Positions 40,601 through 53,266 of a DNA stretch of 64,000 nt are shown here, in pieces (within the stretch, counting starts at the first letter, position 1; each line of letters starts with the position of its first letter). Under the pieces are notes generated by a model, which was not told the DNA's origin, searched no databases, and saw nothing but the letters and a program-made list of their open reading frames with translations. The translations under genes were made by a program, and so were the position numbers. The stretch is from Octopus bimaculoides (Eukaryota): NCBI RefSeq assembly GCF_001194135.2, contig NC_068984.1, positions 28,494,840 through 28,558,839 of the forward strand. Direction: 5' to 3'.

Positions 40601-41559
40601 CTGAAGTGATTATTTTGCTAAACAAAAAAAAATCAAGTGTATGATGCACCCATCCCATGAAAATAAATATAAAATCGATGCTAGTATATTCTGAATGAGA
40701 AAATCATAAGTATGAACTGAATGGCATAGCGCATTGTAGTTGTTTCTTTGTATCATGAAGCTAAGATAAGTTGGAGCAATCAAAGATAGTGCAGCTTTTC
40801 TTGAATCACAGCACAATACAGAAAATGTGTTTAGAGACATGTAAACTTTTAGTTTATGAGTTATAAATTAGCACTTTAGTTTTAATATCTCAACTGTTAT
40901 GATTTTTAAAAAAGATTTTCCATAATTTCCATTTTGTTATCAATATATCTCATTGAAAATATTTAGTTCTTGCATGTCAGGATTGTAAAATCTTCATCAG
41001 CTTACCAGAAATAGGAACCAATATTTTGACTACAAGTGAATGTTTGTAAATATTGTCACTTTCAGAATTAAAAAAAAAAAACTACTAATTTTTCATAGGT
41101 TTTAGTCATCTGGAGCACTCTATGGATATCAATTACACAACCTATTGATTTACTATTTAAAACATTAAATAACAAAAACATATTTTAAGCATTTTACACA
41201 CAAAATAAATATCACTGTTACATAATGTTGATTTATTTATAATACATCCATATTAAAAACTCAATAACTGAAAGGACAACTGAAGAAGGAAACAGATTTC
41301 TTGTTGAAAATATTATCTTTTGATGTAATAAAATTCAATCAATTTTTGTATCAACTGCAATATCAATGAAAACTAAATATTTGTGCATATGTGTGACCAT
41401 GTATGCACACACACACACACACACACATATATGCATATGCACGCACACACACATGTATGCACATACATGCATACATACACATATATACACCTACATACAT
41501 TCATATAGGTTGCTCTTCTACAGAAATCCATTAAAATGTCTATTTAAAAGACCTTGAAA

Positions 41560-43375
41560 ACCAGGTTGATATACTAAATTGGCTTACTATAGCATGGACA
41601 AATGATGTAGGTACAAGCTTTACACAAGGTGATTCAGCCAATTCCTTCAAAATCATTGTGAGTTCAACAAATTTATTGACTGATGGGGCAGTAAAGTGGA
41701 AAGAAGGGAGAGTGAGTATCTGCTTGAAGAACATTTGATAAATAAAACTGTACTGCTTGGAGTAAGAAATCTCAACAGAAATCCCTCCTTTAGGAAAGTA
41801 TTCAACTCATGGCTAGAGAACTCTACGCACTACCATTGAGAGACTCACAATGACTGGAGCAGTGACTTACAAGTGAGAGTGGAATGATCATCTCTAATGT
41901 TATAAATATTTCAAAGAGAATATTCTAAGGATAGGCTTTTTATAATTCGGTTTATGTTAACATTAAATCTATTATCATTTCTGTTACAGAATCTAATGGC
42001 TACATGCTAGTGTCTGCAACTGCATAATTCTTTGTGGATGATCTGAAGATTTCTGCTAAAAATATTTACAATGTCTAAAACAGCTTCAATCAATTACATT
42101 TTCAGTCAACATTGGAATGGAATTTGGCCAAAAGTCTTCCTATTTGATTGCTGAATGTCAATATTCAGTTCCTCAAATCCAAATCCTGTGCTTCAATGAT
42201 CTATCTCACTTGTTTCACACAAAGGATATCACAAATATCTAGGCATTGATGAAAATATATCATATGAAGATGTTGTGAACAAAGATAAAGTGACTCAAGA
42301 ATATTATTCTAGATTTAGAAACTCTGGTAGTTGGAACTCTCCTCTTACAAGACAATATCCCACAATGAAATTGCAGTTCCAGTTCTGATATCAACATTTA
42401 GAAAAGTTAACTGATCTGTAGAGGAAATCCACTCTAGAGACATTAAAATTCACAAGGCCCTAACATCAACTAGGAAGTGATGTTGATAGGCTCTATCTAA
42501 GAAGAGGTTTGAGATTAGAGTAGACAGACTTCAAATGATGTATAATATTTGTCATATAGCATCACTAAACAAAAGCAGCAAAAAAAAAAAGTACATAAAC
42601 TTAATGCTGCAAAGTAAGCAACATGCTGTAAGTTGAGGAAGTACTCTCTACCTGATTGCTTCCCATACAACCAAAACACAGCTGGACTAACATATCTTAA
42701 AGAAAACCAGGGTAAGAAATACTCAGTATCAGATGATATTTATATTGGCATGAAATGCAGCCTTCCTTGAACTTATGACTGCTACATCACACTTCAAAGG
42801 CTATGTGTTTGCAATCCAAGTGCAGAAGATTGATACAAAATGGCTGATGAACAAGAGAGTGGAGCCCTGGAGCCCCATGACAAAACTGAAAATATTAATG
42901 ATGTTACATCTCTGGAAGATATTGCAAATGTAAACAGCAGCTGTCCAAGAATGTCATTAAGGCATTGTCTCCCAATGTGTTATGATATTGTGGCTAAAAT
43001 GAAACACAATGCCACCCGAAAAAGACTGCCCTGGGATAAATATAATCTCCCCATTATTGAAAGCATGCATAAACATCAACACAAAGATTATTGATAAAAC
43101 ATTCCCATCAAAACCTTTACCAAATACAAACATAACAGGTGGAATATATTTGTTTGTGACAGACAAGAAAAAAGTCATAGAGGTCAGCAGCCTTGCTGAT
43201 GCAAATATTTCCTTGAAAATCAAAACGAAAGAAGATAACTATGGACAACTGCTAAGAATTCTTCTGCTTCTATACCTGGATTCTAAATACATATTAATAG
43301 CAATAATAACTGGTCTACTTGGTTTTGTTAGAAATGCCTATGTGACAATGTGCAAGACTTTTTTTTAAGTTCAAA
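41560..43375 (+). mobile_element. Decayed R4/Dong-like non-LTR retrotransposon (RT plus restriction-like endonuclease)
   Basis: Frame-broken motifs: YKLYT, EHLINKTV, FVDDLK (about 42030-42050, RT catalytic), IGMEFG, YLGIDEN, DVDRLYL, SSCPRMS (zinc knuckle remnant), and IEVS..DANISLKIKTKEDNYGQL (RLE PD-D/ExK region). Many stops and frameshifts. Confidence 0.75.
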
Positions 43376-43431
43376 TTGTGATCTTCCTCTATTTCTTCAG
43401 TATTCATCCTCTGTACACTTCACATGCCTAT

Positions 43432-43893
43432 AATCCTTTCTACTGTAGGCACAAGGCCTGAAACTTTGGGGGAGGGGTTAAGTTGATTACATCAACCCTA
43501 ATGTTCAGTTGCTACTTATTTCATCGACCCTAAAAGGATGAAAGGCTAAGTTGAGCTTGGCAGAATTTGAACTACAAGGCGGCGAGCTGGCAGAAACGTT
43601 AGCATGCTGGGCGAAATGCTTAGCGGTATTTCGTCTGCCGCTACGTTCTGAGTTCAAATTCTGCCGAGGTCGACTTTGCCTTTCATCCTTTCGGGGTCGA
43701 TAAATTAAATACCAGTTACGCACTGGGGTCGATGTAATCGACTTAATCCCTTTGTCTGTCCTTGTTTGTCCCCTCTATGTTTAGCCCCTTGTGGGCAATA
43801 AAGAAATAAGAATATGAACTCATAACGTAAGGATGGATGAAATGCTAAGCATTTTGCTCGGCATGTTAACAATTCTGCCAGCTCGCTGCCTTA
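43432..43893 (-). mobile_element. Older SINE family A copy split into 43432-43573 and 43821-43893
   Basis: Both halves are reverse complements of consecutive parts of the family consensus and rejoin across the TSD. Confidence 0.8.
43574..43808 (+). mobile_element. Young SINE family A nested in an opposite-orientation older copy
   Basis: TSD agaatttgaact (43562-43573) / agaatatgaact (43809-43820). Confidence 0.9.
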
Positions 43894-43914
43894 AAATATT
43901 GCTTTTCTCTTGCA

Positions 43915-44809
43915 CTCTTGCTGAGGACATACGTAAGCTCGCAAGGAATGAAGCCAGTATGCTCCGTTGGATGTGTAATGTCAATGTGAATACCCGTCAG
44001 AGTGTAAGTATCTTGAGAGAAAAGCTGAACATTAGAAGCATCAGTTGTGGCGTGCAAGAGAGACGATTGCGCTGGTATGGACATGTGGTGAGAATGGAGG
44101 AGGATAGCTGCGTGAAAAAGTGCCACACCCTAACAGTTGAGGGAACCCGTGGAAGAGGTAGGCCCAGGAAGACCTGGGCTGAGGTGGTGAGGCAAGACCT
44201 TCGTACATTGGGCCTCACCGAGGCGATGACTACGGNNNNNNNNNNNNNNNNNNNNNNNNNNNNNNNNNNNNNNNNNNNNNNNNNNNNNNNNNNNNNNNNN
44301 NNNNNNNNNNNNNNNNNNNNNNNNNNNNNNNNNNNNNNNNNNNNNNNNNNNNNNNNNNNNNNNNNNNNNNNNNNNNNNNNNNNNNNNNNNNNNNNNNNNN
44401 NNNNNNNNNNNNNNNNNNNNNNNNNNNNNNNNNNNNNNNNNNNNNNNNNNNNNNNNNNNNNNNNNNNNNNNNNNNNNNNNNNNNNNNNNNNNNNNNNNNN
44501 NNNNNNNNNNNCTGTAGGATTTTCGAGCGAGATCGTTGCCAGTGCCCCTGGACTGGCTTGTGCGGGTGGCACATAAAAGACACCATTTCGAGCGTGGCCG
44601 TTTTCGTGCGGGTGACACGTAAAAGCACCCACTACACTCTCTGAGTGGTTGGCGTTAGGAAGGGCATCCAGCTGTAGAAACTCTGCCAAATCAGACTGGA
44701 GCCTGGTGTTGCCATCCGGTTTCACCAGTCCTCAGTCAAATCGTCCAACCCATGCTAGCATGGAAAGCGGACGTTAAACGATGATGATGATGATGATGAT
44801 GATGATGAT
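43915..44809 (+). mobile_element. Young RTE-clade LINE, 3' fragment copy 3 (contains N gap 44236-44511)
   Basis: Encodes KLARNEASMLRWMC...ERRLRWYGHVVRMEEDSCVKKC...GRGRPRKTWAEVVRQDL, the typical RTE ORF C-terminus. The 3' UTR is the reverse complement of 7258-7520. (GAT)10 tail at 44780-44809. Confidence 0.9.
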
Positions 44810-45184
44810 CAGTTTTTCTACTAATTCATTTGTACTCCTTCATTGATGTACACTAGCATTACACATCCAGTGATGTAGTCTCTCTTCATTCTTTTCTAAT
44901 CTTTGCAAATATTCTGCATTTAAGGCTCACGTCTTACTACTATGCAGAATGACACAATCACATCACATACATCATTCAATCTGCCTTTCCAAATAAGTCA
45001 TTTGGCCATTGCGAAGATCTATGATATAGTAAATTTAATAAATGTATAATTTTACTCTACTTTTAATTTTGAATCTCTCCAACCATAAATGTTGTAATTA
45101 TTCTTAAAATTTTTATAAAATACGAACCCAGACATTAATGTGCATGTGCAGATATTTAACAGTAGAAATATCAGTTAATAATCC

Positions 45185-45375
45185 TTTCTACTATAGGTGC
45201 AAGGCCTGAAATTTGGTGGGAAGAGATAGGTCAATTACATCGACCCCAGTGTGTAACAACTGGTGCTTAATTTATCGACCCCAAATGGATGAAAAGCAAA
45301 GTCGACCTCAGTCAAATTTGAACTCCAAACATAGCGGCAGATGAAATACTAAGCATTTCGCTCAGTGTGTTAACG
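45185..45375 (-). mobile_element. SINE family A copy
   Basis: aatcctttctactataggtgcaaggcctgaaat...gaccccaaatggatgaaaagcaaagtcgacc. Confidence 0.8.
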
Positions 45376-45776
45376 AAATATCAATTAACAATAGCTTCTA
45401 TTGCACAAGAAAATAGATGCTTTTAAACATCCTATAAATACGTAGAGAATATGTTAAGGTTATTAAGTACTTGGTGTAATATGTATACAAATATTGATAA
45501 ATATTCTTACAAATAAAGAATGTAATCTGGAAAGCGATAACTTTTTATTTGGCTATTTACGTAAAATGTATTATTTTATGAAATCAAAATTGCACTAAAC
45601 GTTTATCAGGCAAATATTACAACTGGTTTCAGAAATAAAGTATATGAAAAGAATTCAATTTACTTATAGCTTTCTGAATGTTGGGCCAAAATAATTATTG
45701 ATTCATGTGGTGTGAACAAATACAAGGCTGGGGGGGGGGGGATAAGCAAAAGGAAAATAAAGGAATGTCACAAAGA

Positions 45777-46900
45777 TTGTCATCATCATTTAACATCTCT
45801 TTTCCATGCTGGCATGGGTTGAACAGTTAAACCGGAGTTTACAAGGCCAGAAGCCACATCAGATTCCATAGTCTGTTTTGGTATGATTTCTACAACTAAA
45901 TACCCTTCCTAATTCCAACCACTTTACAAAGTGCACTGGGTGCCTTTCATGTGGCACCATCACAAGTGCTTTTTATCATGGCATCGTCACCAGTACATTT
46001 TACATGACCCCAACACGAGTGCTTTTCACACAACACCAGCACTGACAGGGTCATGAAGTACCTTAGACGACTAAAACCCCTCAACTGGGAGGGGAGGTTG
46101 TACTGACTGATGGGGAAAGCAATTTGAGAGATTTAAGGTGTAGAGGAGACAGAAATATGTGTCTTACTGTGGAATAGACACATGGATACTTCAGCTGGAA
46201 AACAAAAGAGGGTTGGAGAATAAGATAAAAGGAGTGAGAGAAATGATAGAGATGTGTTGGAACATGCCCACAAGGGACATTGGAGGTAGTGAGAATAGGT
46301 GAGGTGATACAGAGGCTTGAGCTAGGTGAGTGGGCAGGATGAGGTGACTGTAGTAAATGATGGAGAGAAACATAGGAGAGGATTGGAGGTGAGAGTTATG
46401 ACAGATATGTGAGGGTACTGAGGGTGATAGCAGGCAAGTAAGCAGTTGATGATGAAAAGCAGCACAAAGAAAATGCAGAAAGGAGGTGGGGGAAGAAGGT
46501 AACTGGGAGGAAGGAGTAAAGGTAACTGAGAAGGCCAGGGGTTGTAGTATTCTGCTCTCAGGTGTTAGAGGAAGTGGTGGGTGTTAGGAGATGAAATGTG
46601 GGTGGGAGGGAGAGAACGTTGACAGGACATTACCAAGGTAGTTTTAGGATATCCTTTGTAAGGCTCAGTGTTTTGAGATTGGCCATCAATACTTCATCCC
46701 ATGTCTTTCTGGGTCTCCCTCTTCCACAACTTCTAGCCACTTAAGTCATTGGCACTTCTTTATGCAACTGTCTTCATCCATACAAATCACATGACCAAAC
46801 CAACACAGTCTCTCTCTTGCATACTGCATCTAATTCTTCTTATGCCTAACTTTTTTCGCAATCCATCAGTGTTCTGTCATACACATACACTGATTTTGTA
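45777..46900 (-). mobile_element. Older RTE LINE subfamily with long (~850 bp) 3' UTR
   Basis: The reverse complement of 46640-46870 gives a decayed KLGIR..MQER..W.GHV..MDEDSCIKKC..GRGRPRKTWDEV. A purine-rich UTR follows on the + strand, then a 26-bp module array and the shared 3' end with catcatcat at 45781. Confidence 0.75.
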
Positions 46901-49530
46901 CATCATGCAGAGCATACCAGCTTCATTCCTTTCTAGTGCAACCATCTTCAATGATATACAGAATGAACAATCATATATCAAATCACAATTAATATTATCA
47001 AGAAGATTCTAAATATTTGCAGCTTCACTGTGGTTAAACAAAGAGCACATGTACATGTTATATATATAGGTGCAGGTACAACTGTGTAGTTAAGAACTTG
47101 TTTTCCAACCATGTAGTTTAGGATTCAATCCCACTGCATGGTACCTTGGACACATTTCTCAATGATTCATAGAAATTGACTGCTTTGTTATTCAAAATGA
47201 GTATTTCCTCTGCCCTCTATTGCTTTCCTAGTCAAGTCTATTTGACACCTAGCTTTCTATATTGCCTCTTTATAGTTCCCTGAAAGCACTATAATTTCAC
47301 TCCTTCATGGCATATTCTCATTTCTTTCCTAGTTATCATTGTCCTCAATTTTGAAGGTCCTTGGAATGATTCCATACTACTTCCAGGGCATCCTTTTCAG
47401 GGAAAATTATTTATAACTTTACTTTCACTTAAATTCACAAAATTGACTAAGGTATTGGTTCTAATGATCATCTCCTACTTTTAAGAGTGTTTACAATTTT
47501 TACCATGTTCTAACCATGCTTATTTCAGTATATTTATTTCTGTTGTTTATTGTTTCACCTGAAGAGGAACGAGTTATTAATATCAACCTGAAATTACTTA
47601 AATCTAGAATTCCAATGTTCTTAGCAGCTATTAGGTTTTTGCAACTAAGCTATCTGCTTAGACATTTTATGTATGAATATGCGAGGAATAATTCAGTGTA
47701 AAAAAAAGTTCGATGTAGTCCATACAATTTAGCTGCAAACTTACAATGAAACACATTTCCCCTGGCAACATTAAGGAATTCTGTTGTCAGCAGATTTAAT
47801 TTGGGATAAGAAACCCACTAAAATTTATGCTGTTGTTGGCAAAAATTGAGAAACTTTTCCTGGTCAGTCATTCTTTACAAAGCAAATAAAACAGTATGTG
47901 TTATAAAGTTGTATTAATATGTTCAAATGTGTATCTCACTTTCTAACCAAATAGGTAATCTAATTCTGAAGAGCCATACAGCCAGTTGTTCTCTGTTGCC
48001 TTCAAGATGTAGGAAAATGTGTCCTCTAAGGCCATGCATAAACATTACAATATTCCTAATGAAATTAACAGATGGTTTTGAATTCCCAGCAGTTAACAAT
48101 ATTGATTATTATTGTACAAAAAAATGATGATTGCAATAACAATAAAACAGTTATTAATAATAATAATAATAAAACCAATAACAATAATGACAAAAGGAAA
48201 TGAAGGAAATAATAAATATAGCAAGAAGAATGAATGTCTTACATTCTGGTGCCATGGGAAATTCATCACAATTCTAAAAATAATTAGTAACTAAGTCGTG
48301 GAGTTCTTTCATTGTTATTATCAGCTGATGACTAGACACAATACTCTTTCGAAAAGAAGATAAAAATATGTTTGGACACTGGCATATAAAAGATATAATA
48401 GCCTCTGTTTTTTAAATGGTCTTCGCTCTCTCTAATTCAATATACAACTTGTTTCTTATTGCTAACTCTCTTTGATTCTATCTTTCTATTAGCAGTTCAT
48501 AGCTTTTTTCTTATTTCTCAAGCCATCAAACCACTTGCTGGTTTCCAAATTCAGTTGTATTTACAAGATGACTTCTACATTTCATCTCTCTCTGATTCTT
48601 AACAAATTTATGCACATTTTTCTGTATACCAGCACTTATTAGATTTTTCTGAATTTGTAGATAATTTCAGGAGAGATTTAAAGTAAGTGTATTTTTAGCA
48701 ATGAATATTTTCTCCAATAGCAAATGCTTGTTCGTAAAATAGAAAGGTTATACATTTCATGTAACTTGATAGAGTAAATTCATTTACTCAATAACGTCTC
48801 AGAAAACAATTTTACAATTATTTTGGAATACTGAAAATAGAATACAATTTTGTGAAAAAGGTTAATCAGTTAATAACTCTATTATTGAATATTATAAAGT
48901 TGTCATCACTTTATTCCTGAAGAGTAGATACCTCATAATTAGATGTACACTTTGTGATATACTCCTTGAATTATATATCATTTAAAGCAATCATCTTACT
49001 TAGGCATATCAGAGAGTTTTAATTGACCTTGCTCTCTGGATGTATAAGATAAAGTAAAACATATTGCACATAAAATATATTCAGTAATATAGAGTAGTTG
49101 TCTAGATAAGAAAAATGCTTTTTAGCAATTAACATGAATATGGAGATAAGTAATTATTTGTAACAAGTATGTTGTCAGATAGAATAAAATTTCAATCCCA
49201 TTTTATAGGCACAATAATTCTTATATATTTTTCTAACATATTCGTGCGCCAATTGATTAGACTTAGAGAAATATAAGCCAAATCTCCTTTACATCAAAAC
49301 AGATACATTGGATAATGTAGTGGGGTGGCATACAATTCCTGAAATGAATATAGAGCCAGTCATGTTTTTGAACATAAAGTCTGTTCAAATTGACTGGTTT
49401 GGGGCTAAAGAGCAAAAACAACTAATACTTTTAATACTTTCTTAATTCAAAAGAATAGTAGACAATTTTTCTCTTTATAAAAAATAAATTTACAAAATAC
49501 TTACATGAAGAAAATATATAAATGCATTTA

Positions 49531-49711
49531 NNNNNNNNNNNNNNNNNNNNNNNNNNNNNNNNNNNNNNNNNNNNNNNNNNNNNNNNNNNNNNNNNNNNNN
49601 NNNNNNNNNNNNNNNNNNNNNNNNNNNNNNNNNNNNNNNNNNNNNNNNNNNNNNNNNNNNNNNNNNNNNNNNNNNNNNNNNNNNNNNNNNNNNNNNNNNN
49701 NNNNNNNNNNN
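49531..49711. other. Assembly gap (181 N) at a TA-rich site
   Basis: N run followed by (TA)n. The other three gaps are inside RTE copies. Confidence 0.95.
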
Positions 49712-50689
49712 ATATATATATAATGAATAAAATCATGCAAATATATATACCTTTATATTATCAGTAAGTATATTTATAAGCTATTTCTGTATTTTTACAC
49801 ATTCCATAATAAATCTATATGTATGAATGTATGTGTATTGAATACTTAATCATATGAACATGACATTGCTTCAGGTATGGCTGAAGGCATTCATAATGAG
49901 AAATATTTATAGCAAACATGAAAGAAAAGTATTCTTATAAAGATAAAATAGAAGAATTGATTTAAGAAATTAATATTTTTCGAAGTTATAAAATGATATA
50001 ATTTAAAAATAGAATATATCGAGCAAATATTGATATTCATATTTGAATATCTCTAAAATATGATAGATTTTTTTTTAATAATGCTTTTATATAATCTCTG
50101 ACCAGAATTTCTATGCAATATTTCTTCTGAAAAGTTATTCAAAATATAAAATTTGAAAACTCAACAAGAAATCATAGGATGTGAACCATATCTATCGCTT
50201 GTATCATGAATTAATATCGAATCCACTATGTGGTCATTTGACCTGGTAGATATAACAGCCAAATCCGTGTCAACTCCCTGTTATCTTAGGAAAAAGCAAG
50301 ATGCAATGCAATGTTTAAAAGAAAGACGGCATGGTCAGAACTGGACTTCTGTGAATATAGGTTTACATTATCAGAGTTAACTTGGGACTAAGTAGCAATA
50401 ACAGCTATGTGAAACACATCAACATACAAGAGAAGAGCAAAAACTTTAAACACTTATACATCAATATATTGAAACTTTTATCTTCAGTGCTGTTGCTCTC
50501 CTCACAAATTTACATGTTAACTTTCATCTTAATACTTTAGAAATATGTTTATCCAAGCACTATACATAATCATGCACACAAACATATATGTGTATAAGTG
50601 TGCATGAATGTAGGCATCAATGAGCAGGTAATATTACTTTATATCCGCTTTACTGAGAGACACTATGATACACTATGTTACATCATGAT

Positions 50690-51273
50690 TGGTGATTCTG
50701 ATGCATGATTGGTGACCACTGCGTTGAAAAAACTAACAGCATGGCATTGGACTTTTATCTCAGGATGCAGAGTATGACCGTTATAAACACTTCCACCAGA
50801 AGAAGTGACATAAAACTACATAGATGTATCTAAGATCCAAGCACTAGCATCCTACTGACTTCAAAATGACTGGACAAGTGGATTTCAAAGATGTGTAACC
50901 AGTTTATGAGAACTGAACATTGGAAAGAACATTATATAATACTTACAAAGGTTAGATTGCATGTGTGCCCTTTCAAACACCCAAAAGTCTAAATAGCAAA
51001 TGGCTTAATTGCAACAAGATTCACAGTTCTGCCAAATATAAGGACTTTGCCACTCCCTCTTCACTTCAGAGGTTGGTATGAATGACAAATACTTTTTCTT
51101 AAGTTAATGATGTTGTCACTGAAATGATCATACTCAAGATTCAAAAATGTGAACTCCAGCTCAATTAGCAGGCTCATGGACAAAATGTACAAGATTTACA
51201 ACTAACTCTTTACAATTCCCATCACTCACTAAATAGATAAATTCAAGATGAGGCTTAAAGCACCATGCTTATC

Positions 51274-51307
<34 letters not shown>

Positions 51308-51620
51308 GAAATGCTGAATTGCAAAAGTTCAAGAAATCCAAACATATGGAATGAGTCTAGTATGGACAATATCAAATTATAACAACAACCCTCTCTAGTG
51401 ACAGAAATTGTCCCATGGCATCAGTTAAGTAATCGGGCAATACATCACTGATAGACCAGTCAAGAATATGGAGCACTGGGAAGAAGATTTCAACCAGTTC
51501 CTAAACCAGTGAATCTATCAAACATGGAGGAATTTTCTGAAATGTTCAATCCACCAGCTTGACAAACTATCAAATTTCACTGAATTTAGTATCGCCATCA
51601 AAATGTTTAAACATTGAGAA
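50690..51620 (+). mobile_element. Decayed RTE-BovB-like LINE (endonuclease end and linker)
   Basis: By-eye frame-broken translation: IGDHCVEKTNS.G..L...EYD.VINT.FHQK..HKTT*MY.RSKH*H..DF (APE C-terminus, cf. KTTWMHPRSKHWHL.DY) and ITD...MEHWEE.FNQ.LN. Interrupted by A30 at 51275-51304. Confidence 0.65.
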
Positions 51621-53266
51621 TTTTCTCAACAGACAGTGGATGGAAATTTGAAATCATGTAATAATGAAGCAAAACACGTTAACCATATACTTGCAAATAA
51701 TTGTAAAATATACCTAAATAGTTCAAATATATGGATGACTATACTGAGAATATTTGATATAAAGGGGAGCATAGCAAATGAAAGTAGAACATTGCTATCA
51801 TAAAATAATCAGACTTCAGAAGTACACGAAAAACTATTAATTGATATTAACGCTGATGAGTATTACTATACTGATTTCACTTATTTAGGATTTATAGCTT
51901 GCAATTTTGAAGTTTTGAGATTTGTGGCTTTTACATTGGATGTTTTTGAACTTCATGCATCTCTATCAGTGATTATATGTATTATGTTCTGAATGGACCA
52001 AATCCATTAAAATTTTAAATGCATATTAATTTCTAGGAATTAAAACTACAAATTTCATACTTTAAAACATTAAATACCTTAATCTACAAGGAAAAGGAAG
52101 TCACATTTGGCTGGAGTAATTATCACTGTTATCATCAACATGGGGTTAATTCATATAACCTTGGTTTTTCATTCATCACTATCTTCCATAGCAAGGGACA
52201 GTTTCTCTTAGTGACATCCACATAACGATCAACAAATTAAGACCATTTTGAAGTGTAGAGTTCAGCAAAGTGAATCCTTCTTTCTCAAATGGTGTTTAAT
52301 ACTTTAGGAAGCTTCGAACAAATCACTGCACAGAAGTTTCTTATTAGATTCTCTAAGAGCTTAGCTCTAATATCAGACATGCTTGCAGGAGCCATTGCTC
52401 TACTTCCCAACCTGGAAGATGCCCTGAAGGTATTAGTCCCTATGTTGATGCTAAAAAAATGGAATTCCTCAGATACAATTTGGAAGGCATGACCACCTCC
52501 TGGGCTGAAGCTCAATAAAACCAGCTAATTCTTTTGTGTACCCTGGAAACAATATGGTATCTGCAGTACTTAAAAGTCTCAACATTATATGGTAATATGG
52601 AAGAAATTTAGCCCATGAAATTGGTGATAAGAATTTTATTAAACAAATTTATTGCTAAAAATTAAGTTTTTCTGTAGTTTCACACATCACCTATATTATA
52701 TTAATTTGCAAAGGCACTTTTACACTCTTCTAAGATATCTATAAGGTTAGACTATGATGCTATTCTTATTGCTGGTTGGAACCACTTCAATGTGCCAAGA
52801 AATGATATTTTTGTCAGAACATTCCATTTCTCTTTCCAATAGATACATGACTTTATTTCTATGTTGAAAGAAAGAAACAATTTCTTTCCTTAGTTCTGAT
52901 GGATCCATTAACAACATGTAGCTAGCTCTTATTTCATTGTGTGAAAAAGATGAGGGATAAATTTTATCTTGGAGAGAATGACATGTATCTCAAGAAATAT
53001 TTCCACTTGATCTGGTAACTGTTATGTACAGATAACTCAGATAAATAAGATAAAGTGTCTTGCTCAGAAATACACAACACCTATAATCAATTTGATCCTG
53101 CTCACTAAGATTAGATAATTTAATGCCTTGTGTACTAATATCTTTTTTTTATTTCTGTGTGAGAAATTAGTATTTAATTTAGCATGAAATGAGATAACTA
53201 ATGGAAACCTTACACGTACAATGGATTTGAGTAACCATTCTACTGAAGTTAGACTATATTTCACTA

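Noticed and set aside
48325-48354. Hammerhead-like cores CTGATGA...GAAA (also minus strand at 732-755, and 29630-29650)
   Set aside because: Stems I-III cannot be formed properly by eye, or GAAA is absent.
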